Source of the DNA: a bacterium
GTDB taxonomy: Bacteria > Patescibacteriota > Saccharimonadia > Saccharimonadales > SZUA-47
NCBI GenBank assembly: GCA_030428125.1
Contig: JAUIBF010000002.1
Span: 79,910-143,909, forward strand
DNA: 64,000 bases
Direction of reading: 5' to 3'
Of this stretch, positions 1-8,668 are shown in pieces (position 1 is the stretch's first letter; each line of letters opens with the position of its first letter). The notes under the pieces are model-generated. The model made no database searches. It had not been told where the DNA came from and worked only from the letters and a program-made list of their open reading frames with translations. The position numbers and the translations under genes were made by a program.

Positions 1-60
1 TATGCTTGATATAGTCAACGAAACAAATTACTTCTCCCAGAACAATTCAGACAGCTAGGT

Positions 61-657
61 TTACTTGCTGGCGTAGTATTTTCGAGAACCTAGGTAACCT
101 AGGGCCGTAATAGCTACTAGAGCAAACAGCACCACTTCCCCTGCACCGGTATTTGGAATTTCACCTTCATGGCCTGAGTTGCCACCAGTACTTTCGCCAG
201 CGACAGACGAGTCACTTGCTAGTCTGTCGGTGTTTGGTTCGTCAGTACTTGCTGCTTCATCAGATACGGTACCGTCAGAATGGTTTTCGTGAGAACTATG
301 GTCTTCTGAATCTGCACCGGACATCACCAAGTCATTTGGGTTATCCGAACTACCTTCTTCAAACGAGACTCCTCTGTCAGAACCCAGCTCATCACTGTCA
401 AAATTTGGCAGATCAACATCGTCGCTGCTGCCTTCTACTAGCGCTGTCTCGCTGTCATCTCCAGATTCAGAGTCGATAAACGTTCGATAAATCCAACGAC
501 CACCTAGAAATAAAAGAACAATAACAGCAATTGTAATAAACAAACTTAGTAACGCCATAAACCACGCCATACCCGAGCGACGCTTGTTTTGATTAGCGTA
601 ATATTCTTCTAGTTCCGCAATGGTTGTTTTGTCCTTGCGCTTAAACAGTGGTGACAT
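61..657 (-). CDS. Cell-surface protein: N-terminal membrane anchor, acidic Ser/Asp/Glu-rich region, C-terminal LPXTG-like sortase signal
   Basis: 198-aa ORF. Hydrophobic helix AWFMALLSLFITIAVIVLLFLGG lies near the N-terminus. The C-terminus is IPNTGAG, then hydrophobic VVLFALVAITALGYL, then basic tail SRKYYASK. AAGGAG sits 8 nt upstream of the ATG. Confidence 0.6.
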   Translation of the reverse strand: MSPLFKRKDKTTIAELEEYYANQNKRRSGMAWFMALLSLFITIAVIVLLFLGGRWIYRTFIDSESGDDSETALVEGSSDDVDLPNFDSDELGSDRGVSFEEGSSDNPNDLVMSGADSEDHSSHENHSDGTVSDEAASTDEPNTDRLASDSSVAGESTGGNSGHEGEIPNTGAGEVVLFALVAITALGYLGSRKYYASK

Positions 658-758
658 CTTGTTAACTCCTTGAAGATTCTTTCGCCCACCAAATCTATTG
701 ACAATATATTACGATAAAATCCATAAAATAGCAAACTTTTTAAAGAAGTGGGGAAAAA

Positions 759-1205
759 TTATTGCCAAACTCTATGAAATCTTTGAGGTACTCCTGAGGT
801 GCCTGCATATTCAACTACCTCATCTCTAGTCCCCACTAGAACTAATGGTAATTCATCATGGCGTTGTCTTTTAGGCACAAACTGTTGCCAGGTGCCGTCA
901 ATTACTAGTTCATCTTTCTGAAATTCCACGCTTATGAAATTATGGAAAAATAGACCCCTAGTTTCTATGAAATCCCTAACTCCGCTTAGCCTCCACTCTC
1001 TTTTCATTACGCGAGAGTCGATGTTTGAGCAGGCTTCTCGAACAATTGGTATTGCTGCCTGGGTGAACTGGTTACAATATGGTCTAGAGTGCATATTTCT
1101 AGTTATCATTCCAGGTTGTAGGGCAATAATCTCGTATGCTTTGCTGGCTTCAGAAGCTAAGAATTCTTTATTTTGTTCCGAAAGAAAAGTTGCTCCGTTC
1201 AACAT
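759..1205 (-). CDS. Hypothetical protein, apparently third gene of the groES-groEL transcription unit
   Basis: 148-aa ORF on the same strand, starting 5 nt after the groEL stop. No motif recognised. Confidence 0.5.
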   Translation of the reverse strand: MLNGATFLSEQNKEFLASEASKAYEIIALQPGMITRNMHSRPYCNQFTQAAIPIVREACSNIDSRVMKREWRLSGVRDFIETRGLFFHNFISVEFQKDELVIDGTWQQFVPKRQRHDELPLVLVGTRDEVVEYAGTSGVPQRFHRVWQ

Positions 1206-1210
1206 TTAAG

Positions 1211-2848
1211 TTACATCATGTTCATGCCGCCTGTGGCAGCTGCTGAACTATCTTCTTTTTTGGGAACTTCAGCAACAAGAGCACCCATCGTCATGCTTGT
1301 TCCAGCTATTGATGAGGCATTTTGAACGGCTTGTTTGGTTACTAGAACGGGATCAACAACGCCTGCCTTTTTCATATCTACTAATTTGGCTGGCTTACTT
1401 ACATCGACACCTTGACCAGCTTTGCCTGCTTTAACTTTGGGAAGCCACTCATCAGCGTTCAAACCGGAGTTCTCCATTAAGATTCTGAAAGGTTTTTCTA
1501 GCGCTCGAGCAAGCAGTTGTGCGCCAGCGTTTTCGGTCTCATCTTTGTTTGGTTTGATTTCGCTAGCCAGATTTACAAGTGTCACGCCTCCACCGGCGAC
1601 AATTCCTTCATCTAATGCTGCTTTTACTGCAGCTACAGCATCATCTACACGGTATTTCTTTTCTTCAATCTCTGTTTCCGATGCTCCACCAACTTTTATT
1701 ACGGCAACTTTTCCAGATAGTGATGCGCGTCGTTCTTTGAGTTCGCTTTTTTGGAAATCACTGGTCTGGACTTTAATGTTTTCTTCGATTTGTTGTAAGC
1801 GTTTCTTTAGGTCTATAGGATTGCCTGCGCCTTCAATGATCGTGGTGTCATCTTTAGTAACGATGACTTTTCTAGCACTTCCGACGATACTAGTGTCGGC
1901 ATTCTCAAACGAAGTTCCTAGTTCGTCAGATATTACTGTTGCGCCAGTCAATACTGCTAAATCCTCTAGGACATTCTTGCGATTATCGCCCCATTTTGGT
2001 GCTTTGACGGCCACGGTATTAAACGCACCTTTTAGCTTGTTCAAAATAAGCATTGTTAATGCTTCGCCTTCAACGTCTTCAGCAATTAAAACCAAGTCTT
2101 TTTTACCAGCTTGAGCCAGGCTCTCTAGTAGTGGAGAAATTTCAGCTATGTTGCTGATTTTCTTGTCTGTAATTACGATTGCCGGCTTGCTAAACACAGC
2201 TTCCATGCGATCACCATCAGTTACCAAGTACGGGCTGATAAACCCTTTGTCGAAAGTTGAACCTTCCACCATTTCTTTTTCTAGTTCTAGGCTTTGGCCT
2301 TCTTCGACGGTTACGACACCATCTTTGCCGACTGCATCCATTACGTCAGCGATAAGTGTTCCTATTTCAGAGCTCCCTGCGCTGATAGTTGCGACTTCAG
2401 CTATTCGTTCTTTGTTGCCAGAGATATCCTCACTGATTTTTTCCAGTTTAGAGATAACTTCGTCAGCTGCTTTTTCTAGACCTTTTCTCAGAAGCATCGG
2501 ATTATGACCAGCAGCAATCAATTTATTTGCCTCTGCCAATATGTGATAAGTCAGAACCGTTACGGTTGTTGTTCCGTCTCCCGCAACGTCGTTCATCTTG
2601 CTAGCCGCTTGTTTGATTAGTTCTGCACCCACTTTGTAGCCCAAAGTTTCGTCATCAACATCTTCGATATCTACGCCTTTAGCTACAGTTACTCCGTCGT
2701 GTGTAACCGTAGGTCCACCGTAACTTTTGCTAATCACGACATTGCGACCCTTAGGTCCCATAGTAGTTTTGACAGCTTCGTATAAAATTTGTGCACCACC
2801 CAATACTCTTCTGCGAGCATCTTCGTCATAAAAAACGCGCTTTGACAC
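1211..2848 (-). CDS. groL: Chaperonin GroEL (Cpn60)
   Basis: 545 aa with hallmark AGDGTTTVTVL and a C-terminal GGMNMM tail. GTG start is preceded by AGGAGG. Confidence 0.97.
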   Translation of the reverse strand: MSKRVFYDEDARRRVLGGAQILYEAVKTTMGPKGRNVVISKSYGGPTVTHDGVTVAKGVDIEDVDDETLGYKVGAELIKQAASKMNDVAGDGTTTVTVLTYHILAEANKLIAAGHNPMLLRKGLEKAADEVISKLEKISEDISGNKERIAEVATISAGSSEIGTLIADVMDAVGKDGVVTVEEGQSLELEKEMVEGSTFDKGFISPYLVTDGDRMEAVFSKPAIVITDKKISNIAEISPLLESLAQAGKKDLVLIAEDVEGEALTMLILNKLKGAFNTVAVKAPKWGDNRKNVLEDLAVLTGATVISDELGTSFENADTSIVGSARKVIVTKDDTTIIEGAGNPIDLKKRLQQIEENIKVQTSDFQKSELKERRASLSGKVAVIKVGGASETEIEEKKYRVDDAVAAVKAALDEGIVAGGGVTLVNLASEIKPNKDETENAGAQLLARALEKPFRILMENSGLNADEWLPKVKAGKAGQGVDVSKPAKLVDMKKAGVVDPVLVTKQAVQNASSIAGTSMTMGALVAEVPKKEDSSAAATGGMNMM

Positions 2849-2858
2849 CGTAAACCTC

Positions 2859-3128
2859 CTAGTTAACAGTAGCGTAGATATTTTCGTTCTTGATTAGCAA
2901 GAACGATTCCCCGTCTACTTTTATATCTGTATTGCTATATCCACCGTAAATAATTTTGTCGCCAACTTTTACATCACGAACGACTGGACCTATAGCCACC
3001 ACATTAGCAATTTTAGGCTTCTCTTCACTTCCGGCTGGCAAATAAAGTCCACTAGCCGTTTTGGATTGTGCTGCCTCCGCAGTCGCTACAACAAAATCAG
3101 CAAGCGGAGTAATTGGAATTTTAGACAT
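2859..3128 (-). CDS. groS: Co-chaperonin GroES (Cpn10)
   Basis: 89 aa, directly upstream of groEL. Typical GroES sequence (ITPLADFVV...GLYLP...GDKIIYGGY). Confidence 0.95.
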   Translation of the reverse strand: MSKIPITPLADFVVATAEAAQSKTASGLYLPAGSEEKPKIANVVAIGPVVRDVKVGDKIIYGGYSNTDIKVDGESFLLIKNENIYATVN

Positions 3129-3152
3129 ATCAACTCTCCCCTATAAATAATT

Positions 3153-3179
3153 CTAGCACTCATAGTACATGAGTGCTAG
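3153..3179. promoter_or_regulatory. CIRCE (HrcA operator) inverted repeat overlapping the groES promoter
   Basis: CTAGCACTC-N9-GAGTGCTAG matches the CIRCE consensus TTAGCACTC-N9-GAGTGCTAA and lies 25-51 nt upstream of the groES ATG. On the minus strand, TTGACC-18 nt-TACTAT places the -10 inside the CIRCE spacer. Confidence 0.85.
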
Positions 3180-3206
3180 TACAGTGGTCAAGGACGTCAT
3201 TGTCTA

Positions 3207-3866
3207 TTACTGAATTGAGCGTACGAAGTCAGCTGCTTGCCTGAAGTTGTGAGCGCGTGGCTGGAAGTTCCCTTTGCGATCAGGGGTTAGGGCAGTTCTT
3301 ATTACTGACGGAACTGATACATCCGGTGCTTCAGGGCTGAATTCATTTCGTATTAAAACCTCGTCACCTACCGCAATTAGTCCTATGCTAAATGCTTTAG
3401 ACAGTGCTTCTGCTGCAGGCTCTACTTTTTCGGGTGTGCAATCACTATCAAAAAGCACTCCGTCTAGTAATAAAACCCCTCCACCAATATCAGGAAAAAC
3501 ATAACCTGGGACAACTGTAACATCAGGTTTTTTCCCATTTTTTAACTTATCCTCAAGCTTATCTCTAACTTGCTTCCGTATATCATAATGAGGATTGAAG
3601 TGCTCGATCGGAGGATTTAGTAAATAGTCAGTATCTACAGCAGCTTTTATATGAACCTCTGGCTCACCTTCAGAAGACCTCGATGGTCTTTCTCGTTTCT
3701 GCCCAAGCCCTACTGCTATTGGAGCAATCCTTGCTCCAATAAAGTCATAAGTTAACACGCCACTTTCTGCTAAAGGTTCAGTTAACCAATCTGCACGTTG
3801 AATAGCAGGCACGATATCGTTGTGCCATCTGTTCATGTCATGAGTGCTGGTAACTACGTTAACCAT
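3207..3866 (-). CDS. Hypothetical protein
   Basis: ORF 3207..3872. I prefer the ATG at 3866 because TGcTAAAAT lies exactly 6 nt upstream, the leaderless pattern seen window-wide. No motif recognised. Confidence 0.55.
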   Translation of the reverse strand: MVNVVTSTHDMNRWHNDIVPAIQRADWLTEPLAESGVLTYDFIGARIAPIAVGLGQKRERPSRSSEGEPEVHIKAAVDTDYLLNPPIEHFNPHYDIRKQVRDKLEDKLKNGKKPDVTVVPGYVFPDIGGGVLLLDGVLFDSDCTPEKVEPAAEALSKAFSIGLIAVGDEVLIRNEFSPEAPDVSVPSVIRTALTPDRKGNFQPRAHNFRQAADFVRSIQ

Positions 3867-3945
3867 GAGCATATTTTAGCACATTTTGTATCATTTTGCA
3901 ACCTGTTTTTGCTTATTTAATCAGAGGTAGTAGAATGTATTCAGT

Positions 3946-4809
3946 ATGTCGAAAATAAACACCAAAGTTCTAATGAGCGGAGCCGATTTCTTCGATGATG
4001 GATTTGCTATTAATGCTCACATGGACGATCAGGTTCCAGTGGATTTGGATCGAGCCATGCGCGAACATGCCGAGATTAAAAACTGTTTTGAACAAGCAGG
4101 AATTGAAGTTGTCAAAGTCGATGCTCCAGAAATCTGCCAAGACGGTGTTTACACAGCTAACTGGGGTTTAGTGCGTGGAAACAAGGTGGTAATGAGCAAC
4201 TTGCCAAACAAACGTGAGGCAGAAGAGCCTTACGCTGAAGAAGCACTGAAAGCTCAAGGCTTGGAAATAGTAAAGCTACCCAAAGAGTATAAGTTCAGCG
4301 GTCAGGGTGATGCTCTGCCTTGCGGTAAGTACTTGTTTGTAGGAACCTCGTATAGAACAAGTGCCGAGGTTCACCCACTGCTTGCGCGTGAGTTAGGATT
4401 TGAGGTGATTGGAGTGCAAACTGTTCCACAGCTTGATGAAGAACGAAATCCAGTAACTAATCCTGTAACAGGTTGGCCCGATAGCTTTTTCTACGACCTA
4501 GATCTAGCATTAGCAGTCATTAAACCTGACTTAATCGCTTGGTGCCCTGATGCCTTCTTACCAGCCAGCCAAGAAAGAATCAGGAACATTACAGACCTAG
4601 ATAAAATCGAGGTTAGTTTGGACGAAGCAATGCACGGTTTTGCTTGCAACTTGGTGTCGACAGGTGAATCTGTGGTTATGAGCGACAAAGCACCGGAGCT
4701 AAAAAGTGCACTAGAAGCCAGAGGGATAACTGTTTATTCACCACGAGTAACAGAGCTCCTCAAAGGTGGTGGATTCATTAGGTGTACTAGCCTAACTCTT
4801 GACAATTAG
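3946..4809 (+). CDS. Amidinotransferase/DDAH-like guanidino-group-modifying enzyme
   Basis: 287 aa. C-terminal GGGFIRCTSL is typical of the catalytic Cys segment of the arginine deiminase/DDAH/amidinotransferase superfamily. The length fits DDAH-like rather than ArcA. Confidence 0.7.
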   Translation: MSKINTKVLMSGADFFDDGFAINAHMDDQVPVDLDRAMREHAEIKNCFEQAGIEVVKVDAPEICQDGVYTANWGLVRGNKVVMSNLPNKREAEEPYAEEALKAQGLEIVKLPKEYKFSGQGDALPCGKYLFVGTSYRTSAEVHPLLARELGFEVIGVQTVPQLDEERNPVTNPVTGWPDSFFYDLDLALAVIKPDLIAWCPDAFLPASQERIRNITDLDKIEVSLDEAMHGFACNLVSTGESVVMSDKAPELKSALEARGITVYSPRVTELLKGGGFIRCTSLTLDN

Positions 4810-4833
4810 CTATAAATATAGTACAATGATACT

Positions 4834-5022
4834 ATGGATAAGTACGACCCAGGAAAAGCTTTAGTAGAAGCGATTTTAAATAACGGGAGCAGCTACGAAG
4901 ACCCTGCTACAGGAGAACTCTTGCCAAATAACGTGTTGCCGTCTACAACAGCAACATCACCAGGAGAGATTTCCGTCGACCAAGTAGCTAGAGTGTATTT
5001 CGGGCCTTTTACAGAGTCTTAA
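4834..5022 (+). CDS. Small hypothetical protein (62 aa)
   Basis: TACAAT (4822-4827) lies 6 nt upstream of the ATG. The 3-prime end overlaps the convergent Mur ligase gene by 14 nt. Confidence 0.45.
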   Translation: MDKYDPGKALVEAILNNGSSYEDPATGELLPNNVLPSTTATSPGEISVDQVARVYFGPFTES

Positions 5023-6358
5023 TTATTTTTTTAGTGGTTTCGATTTCATCCCACGGGTGTTCTTCCCATGGATGTTCTGGGTCTTTTTTGCCACCTGAAC
5101 CAACAGGTCGTTCAATTGTCTTTTCATGACCTTTACCGAGCAAAATTACAGTGTCGCCCTTTTTCGCAGTTTTTAGTGCGAACTTTAGCGCATCTGTTCT
5201 GTCTAGGATTTTGAACAAATCTCTGTCTAAAGTTTTGCCAGATTTCTCGGCACCAGATGCGATTTGGTTCATGATTTCATTTCCGTCAACATCACGGTCG
5301 TCTTCCTCGGTTACTACAACAATGTCAGAGTATTTTCCGGCAATTTCACCTTGGACTGCGCGCTTTGCTTCGTCACGACGTCCTGCAGAGCCGAACAAAC
5401 TAATAAGCCTTCCCTTCACAACTGGCCGCAAGTCCATAAATAGCTTTTTGAAACTATCTGGCGTGTGAGCAAAATCAACAATAACGTCAAAATCTTGGCC
5501 CTCATCAATGCGAGTCATACGTCCTTCAACGCTATCCAATGCAGCTATCCCCTGCTCTATTTGCTTAGGTTTTAGTCCTAGAGCTACTCCGACACAAGCT
5601 ACAGCCAGGCTGTTTGCCACGTTAAAACTACCTGGAATGTTGCAGGTGATGTTTAAATCCTGACCTTTAATCGTAACTGCATATTTACTGCCTTTAGGGG
5701 TTAGTTTCAGGTTTTTAGGGTAGGCGATGTTCTTATCATCTGACTCTTCTAGGCTATAGGCCATGACGTTTTTCACGGCATCGGCAAAATATCGTGCGTT
5801 TTCATCGTCGGCGTTTACAACTCCAAGACGCAAGCCATTTTTGGTAGCATTTGCTTGCTTAAAAAGCTTTAGTTTAGCTTTGCGATAAGCCTCGAAACTA
5901 CCGTGATAATCAAGATGCTCGTGAGTTAGATTGGTCATTACCGCGATATCAACAGGAATACCCATAGTTCGGAACTGGGCCAGAGCATGGGAGGTAACCT
6001 CTAGAACAAGAATTTCCATCCCTTTGGCTTTCATTTTTTCGAGTCGATCGAAGAGCAGACCGATTGGTTGCGAAGTCATGTGGTGAATTTGTGGTTCTAA
6101 GTCGTCACCCACTCCGAATGCAACGGTGCTCATTAAGCCAGCTTTATAGCCAGCAGAAACAAGCATTTTATGCATCATAAAACAGGTGCTGGTCTTGCCG
6201 TTTGTACCCGTCACACCGATAACTTTCAGCCCCCGAGCTGGAAATTTGTGTTTAACATTTTCTGCCACCGCAACACCGTAGTGTTTGGGCAGCACTGCTT
6301 TGTTGTATAAGCTGCCTTTTAGAGCCTTCTCGGCTATATGCTTAACGGTCTGTTTCAT
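5009..6358 (-). CDS. Mur ligase family protein, MurE-like
   Basis: 449 aa with ATP-binding loop GVTGTNGKTST and the Mur ligase central and C-terminal layout. The position of the DAP-specific DNPR motif reads EEDDRD, so substrate is unassigned. Confidence 0.8.
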   Translation of the reverse strand: MKQTVKHIAEKALKGSLYNKAVLPKHYGVAVAENVKHKFPARGLKVIGVTGTNGKTSTCFMMHKMLVSAGYKAGLMSTVAFGVGDDLEPQIHHMTSQPIGLLFDRLEKMKAKGMEILVLEVTSHALAQFRTMGIPVDIAVMTNLTHEHLDYHGSFEAYRKAKLKLFKQANATKNGLRLGVVNADDENARYFADAVKNVMAYSLEESDDKNIAYPKNLKLTPKGSKYAVTIKGQDLNITCNIPGSFNVANSLAVACVGVALGLKPKQIEQGIAALDSVEGRMTRIDEGQDFDVIVDFAHTPDSFKKLFMDLRPVVKGRLISLFGSAGRRDEAKRAVQGEIAGKYSDIVVVTEEDDRDVDGNEIMNQIASGAEKSGKTLDRDLFKILDRTDALKFALKTAKKGDTVILLGKGHEKTIERPVGSGGKKDPEHPWEEHPWDEIETTKKIIKTL

Positions 6359-6404
6359 TAATAACTATATTGTACGCTAAAGGGTACTAAACACAGGCTA
6401 CTAT

Positions 6405-8390
6405 TTATTTTGCGAATGGCGAATTTGGGTTTGCACCTGTCATCCAAGCTACAACGTCTTGTTGGATTTGGGCATAGATAGCGTATTGCTCAGGGCTAAT
6501 TTGCCTATTTGTGCCAGCAGTCCATATGTTACCGTCTCGAAATTCAAGCTTTTCTAGGTTGTTGTTGGTTGCGTATTCGTTGTATAGATCTACTGTTTGA
6601 CCCGTTGCTTCAACAAACCGGTTCATGTCTAGACCTTGATCTCTTGCCCTGTCCCACGCAGTGTTTCCTTCGCCTGCCTCCATAGGTTCAGCACCTTCAT
6701 CCAATATTATGCTGTCTATTCCAAGAGATTGACTCTCTCCGTTGTCGCTGTTTGCATTGTCAGATTCAGCTTCGCTGTCAGAAGATTCATCAGCTTCTGA
6801 AGTGTCTGACTCACTAGACTCTGCGTCTTCATCTGCAGATTCTTCGTCCGCTGATTCTTCAGCTTCAGCATCTTCGCCGAACTGGTCTGCAACACCCGAT
6901 AAGTCTAGGTCGCCGTTAGTAGCTTCCCCTTCATCAGCTGGTTCTTCGTCTGCTTCAGGAGTAGTAGTGTCTGTGTCACCACCGAACTGACCAGCAATAC
7001 TTCCGAGGTTTAGATCGCTTCCATTTGATTCCGGTGTGGTGTTTTCTGTATCTGAGCCAGCGTTTTCTGCTTCAGTTACTACAGTTGCATCATTTGATTC
7101 AGCATCATCACTGCCCAAGCTGTTTACTAAGGCGCCAATTCCTACAACACTAGCCAATCCAATAATTGCTGCGGCTATTTTTTTACGTCGTGAAGTCTTT
7201 TCTCTAGAAACACTGTTTTCAGGGTCGGTTGCGATATCTAGGTTTGTGCCAGCTAACGAACCCACTCCTTCATGGATTCCCCATTTATTTCCTGAATCGA
7301 GTGGTGCACCACTATTCACAGCGTCGTTTGCTGGAGGTAGTATTATGCTATCTAATGGGTCCTCATCTGCGCCTACTGCGACTGGTGGGTTTTCAGGATC
7401 ATCAGCCCAAGTAAGAACTGTACTATCTAATTCCCCTGCTCCTATTTCATCGTCTGCAGGGTCACCGTCATTATTGATTTTATCAAGACGGGGCTCATGG
7501 GTTATAACTTCATTAATTGTGCCGTGGTAAACGTTACCACCTACACCAGTATTCTCGGTTGCAGTAAGATCTTCCTGGACTTGTCCGGTCTGTTCGTTCC
7601 AGACATCATTCATATGTGTTGCTTGTTCGACTGTTAGTTCTTTCCAGCCGTCTTCCTTTGTCCGTCCAGGAAGCACGATCGGAGTGTGATCGCCTTTTTT
7701 AAATGCTTCATCCATTGCGAGCTCTTGTTCGTATGCGTCCTCAGACATTAGTTTCTTGCGTTCATCATCTCGGAACTTCATTAATCGATCATAGTATCTG
7801 TCTAGCTCAGACTTATGTTCTCCAGAGCCGTCTCTGGATACGTCTCGTATGCTTCCGTCTCTCTCAGCATAGTCATCGTGCATACCTATGGCATCAATTT
7901 TATCGAGTAGAGTAGTGTCTACGGTCTCCATAAAATTCTTGAATGCGCTTCTCTTATACTTACTCGCTTCGTCTTCAGCAGAACCACGACCTCTCCATTC
8001 GGCCCAGGCACTTAATCTTGCAAGCTCAGTTACGCTAAGGTCGTCGGGACTTATCCTTTCACCCATTTGCTCAAGTATGCTCAAACCAGTTGTGACATCA
8101 CCAGATTTAAAAGCTTCGTCAGCCATTATTTTTAATTCTGATGCATCTTTTAGCTCATAAAGTTCAAAATCTGCAGGAGTTCCATAGCTGTAGTAGCTTT
8201 CAGCATTTTCCGTGCTAATAAAATCACCGGTAACTGGATTACGAAAAACTCCTTTCTCGTCCTGGTAAGGGTTCTGTTCCAGGTAAGCGTCCATATCTGC
8301 CTGAGCCTGTCTAAGTTCGGGATCTGCCTGAGCCTGTCTAAGTTTGGGGTTAAATGCATGTTCTACGTTAAAGAGTTCAGGTTTACTCAT
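6405..8390 (-). CDS. Large single-pass membrane protein with an extremely acidic low-complexity ectodomain
   Basis: ORF 6405..8450; I use the ATG at 8390 (MSKPELF). One TM helix (IAAAIIGLASVVGIGALV) is followed by Asp/Glu/Ser-rich repeats. A TTGACA-17-TATTAT promoter lies on the minus strand at about 8440-8467. Confidence 0.6.
   Translation of the reverse strand: MSKPELFNVEHAFNPKLRQAQADPELRQAQADMDAYLEQNPYQDEKGVFRNPVTGDFISTENAESYYSYGTPADFELYELKDASELKIMADEAFKSGDVTTGLSILEQMGERISPDDLSVTELARLSAWAEWRGRGSAEDEASKYKRSAFKNFMETVDTTLLDKIDAIGMHDDYAERDGSIRDVSRDGSGEHKSELDRYYDRLMKFRDDERKKLMSEDAYEQELAMDEAFKKGDHTPIVLPGRTKEDGWKELTVEQATHMNDVWNEQTGQVQEDLTATENTGVGGNVYHGTINEVITHEPRLDKINNDGDPADDEIGAGELDSTVLTWADDPENPPVAVGADEDPLDSIILPPANDAVNSGAPLDSGNKWGIHEGVGSLAGTNLDIATDPENSVSREKTSRRKKIAAAIIGLASVVGIGALVNSLGSDDAESNDATVVTEAENAGSDTENTTPESNGSDLNLGSIAGQFGGDTDTTTPEADEEPADEGEATNGDLDLSGVADQFGEDAEAEESADEESADEDAESSESDTSEADESSDSEAESDNANSDNGESQSLGIDSIILDEGAEPMEAGEGNTAWDRARDQGLDMNRFVEATGQTVDLYNEYATNNNLEKLEFRDGNIWTAGTNRQISPEQYAIYAQIQQDVVAWMTGANPNSPFAK
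8295..8348. repeat. Tandem 27-bp duplication inside the CDS (encodes P[KE]LRQAQAD twice)
   Basis: Units 8295-8321 and 8322-8348 differ at one position. Confidence 0.85.
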
Positions 8391-8451
8391 GATTAATAGT
8401 GTCCTATTTTGCAAATTAATTGATTGATTACAATAGCTATATAATATCAAA

Positions 8452-8495
8452 AAGCTTACGATTTGTCAATAATATTTTATTGCATACGTAAGCTT
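8452..8495. promoter_or_regulatory. Perfect 9-bp inverted repeat bracketing the -35 box of the 6405..8390 gene
   Basis: AAGCTTACG (8452-8460) pairs with CGTAAGCTT (8487-8495). The minus-strand TTGACA sits between the arms. Confidence 0.4.
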
Positions 8496-8668
8496 ATTGT
8501 TTTAGTTACTGCTGTTTGCTTCAACTTCAGGTAAATCTTCGTACTGGAGGCTGAAGGTGATTGTAGTAGTTTCTAGTTTGGTCATTTTTGTTTTTCCTAC
8601 TTAACACCACCATTATAGCAAAAATGCAACATTTTGTCAATACACCTACCCCTGTTACAATAGAGGTA

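Noticed and set aside
1422-2114. Long antisense ORFs opposite highly expressed or low-complexity genes: 1422..2114 and 2148..2507 opposite groEL, 6742..6990 and 7036..7530 opposite the acidic protein, 59555..60001 opposite the Pro-rich tail, 35336..35641, 26262..26636, 8527..8991 and 46730..47131.
   Set aside because: Their Ser/Ala/Leu-rich translations are typical of the reverse frame of real genes. They have no promoters or RBS, and each overlaps a gene with clear homology-type motifs.
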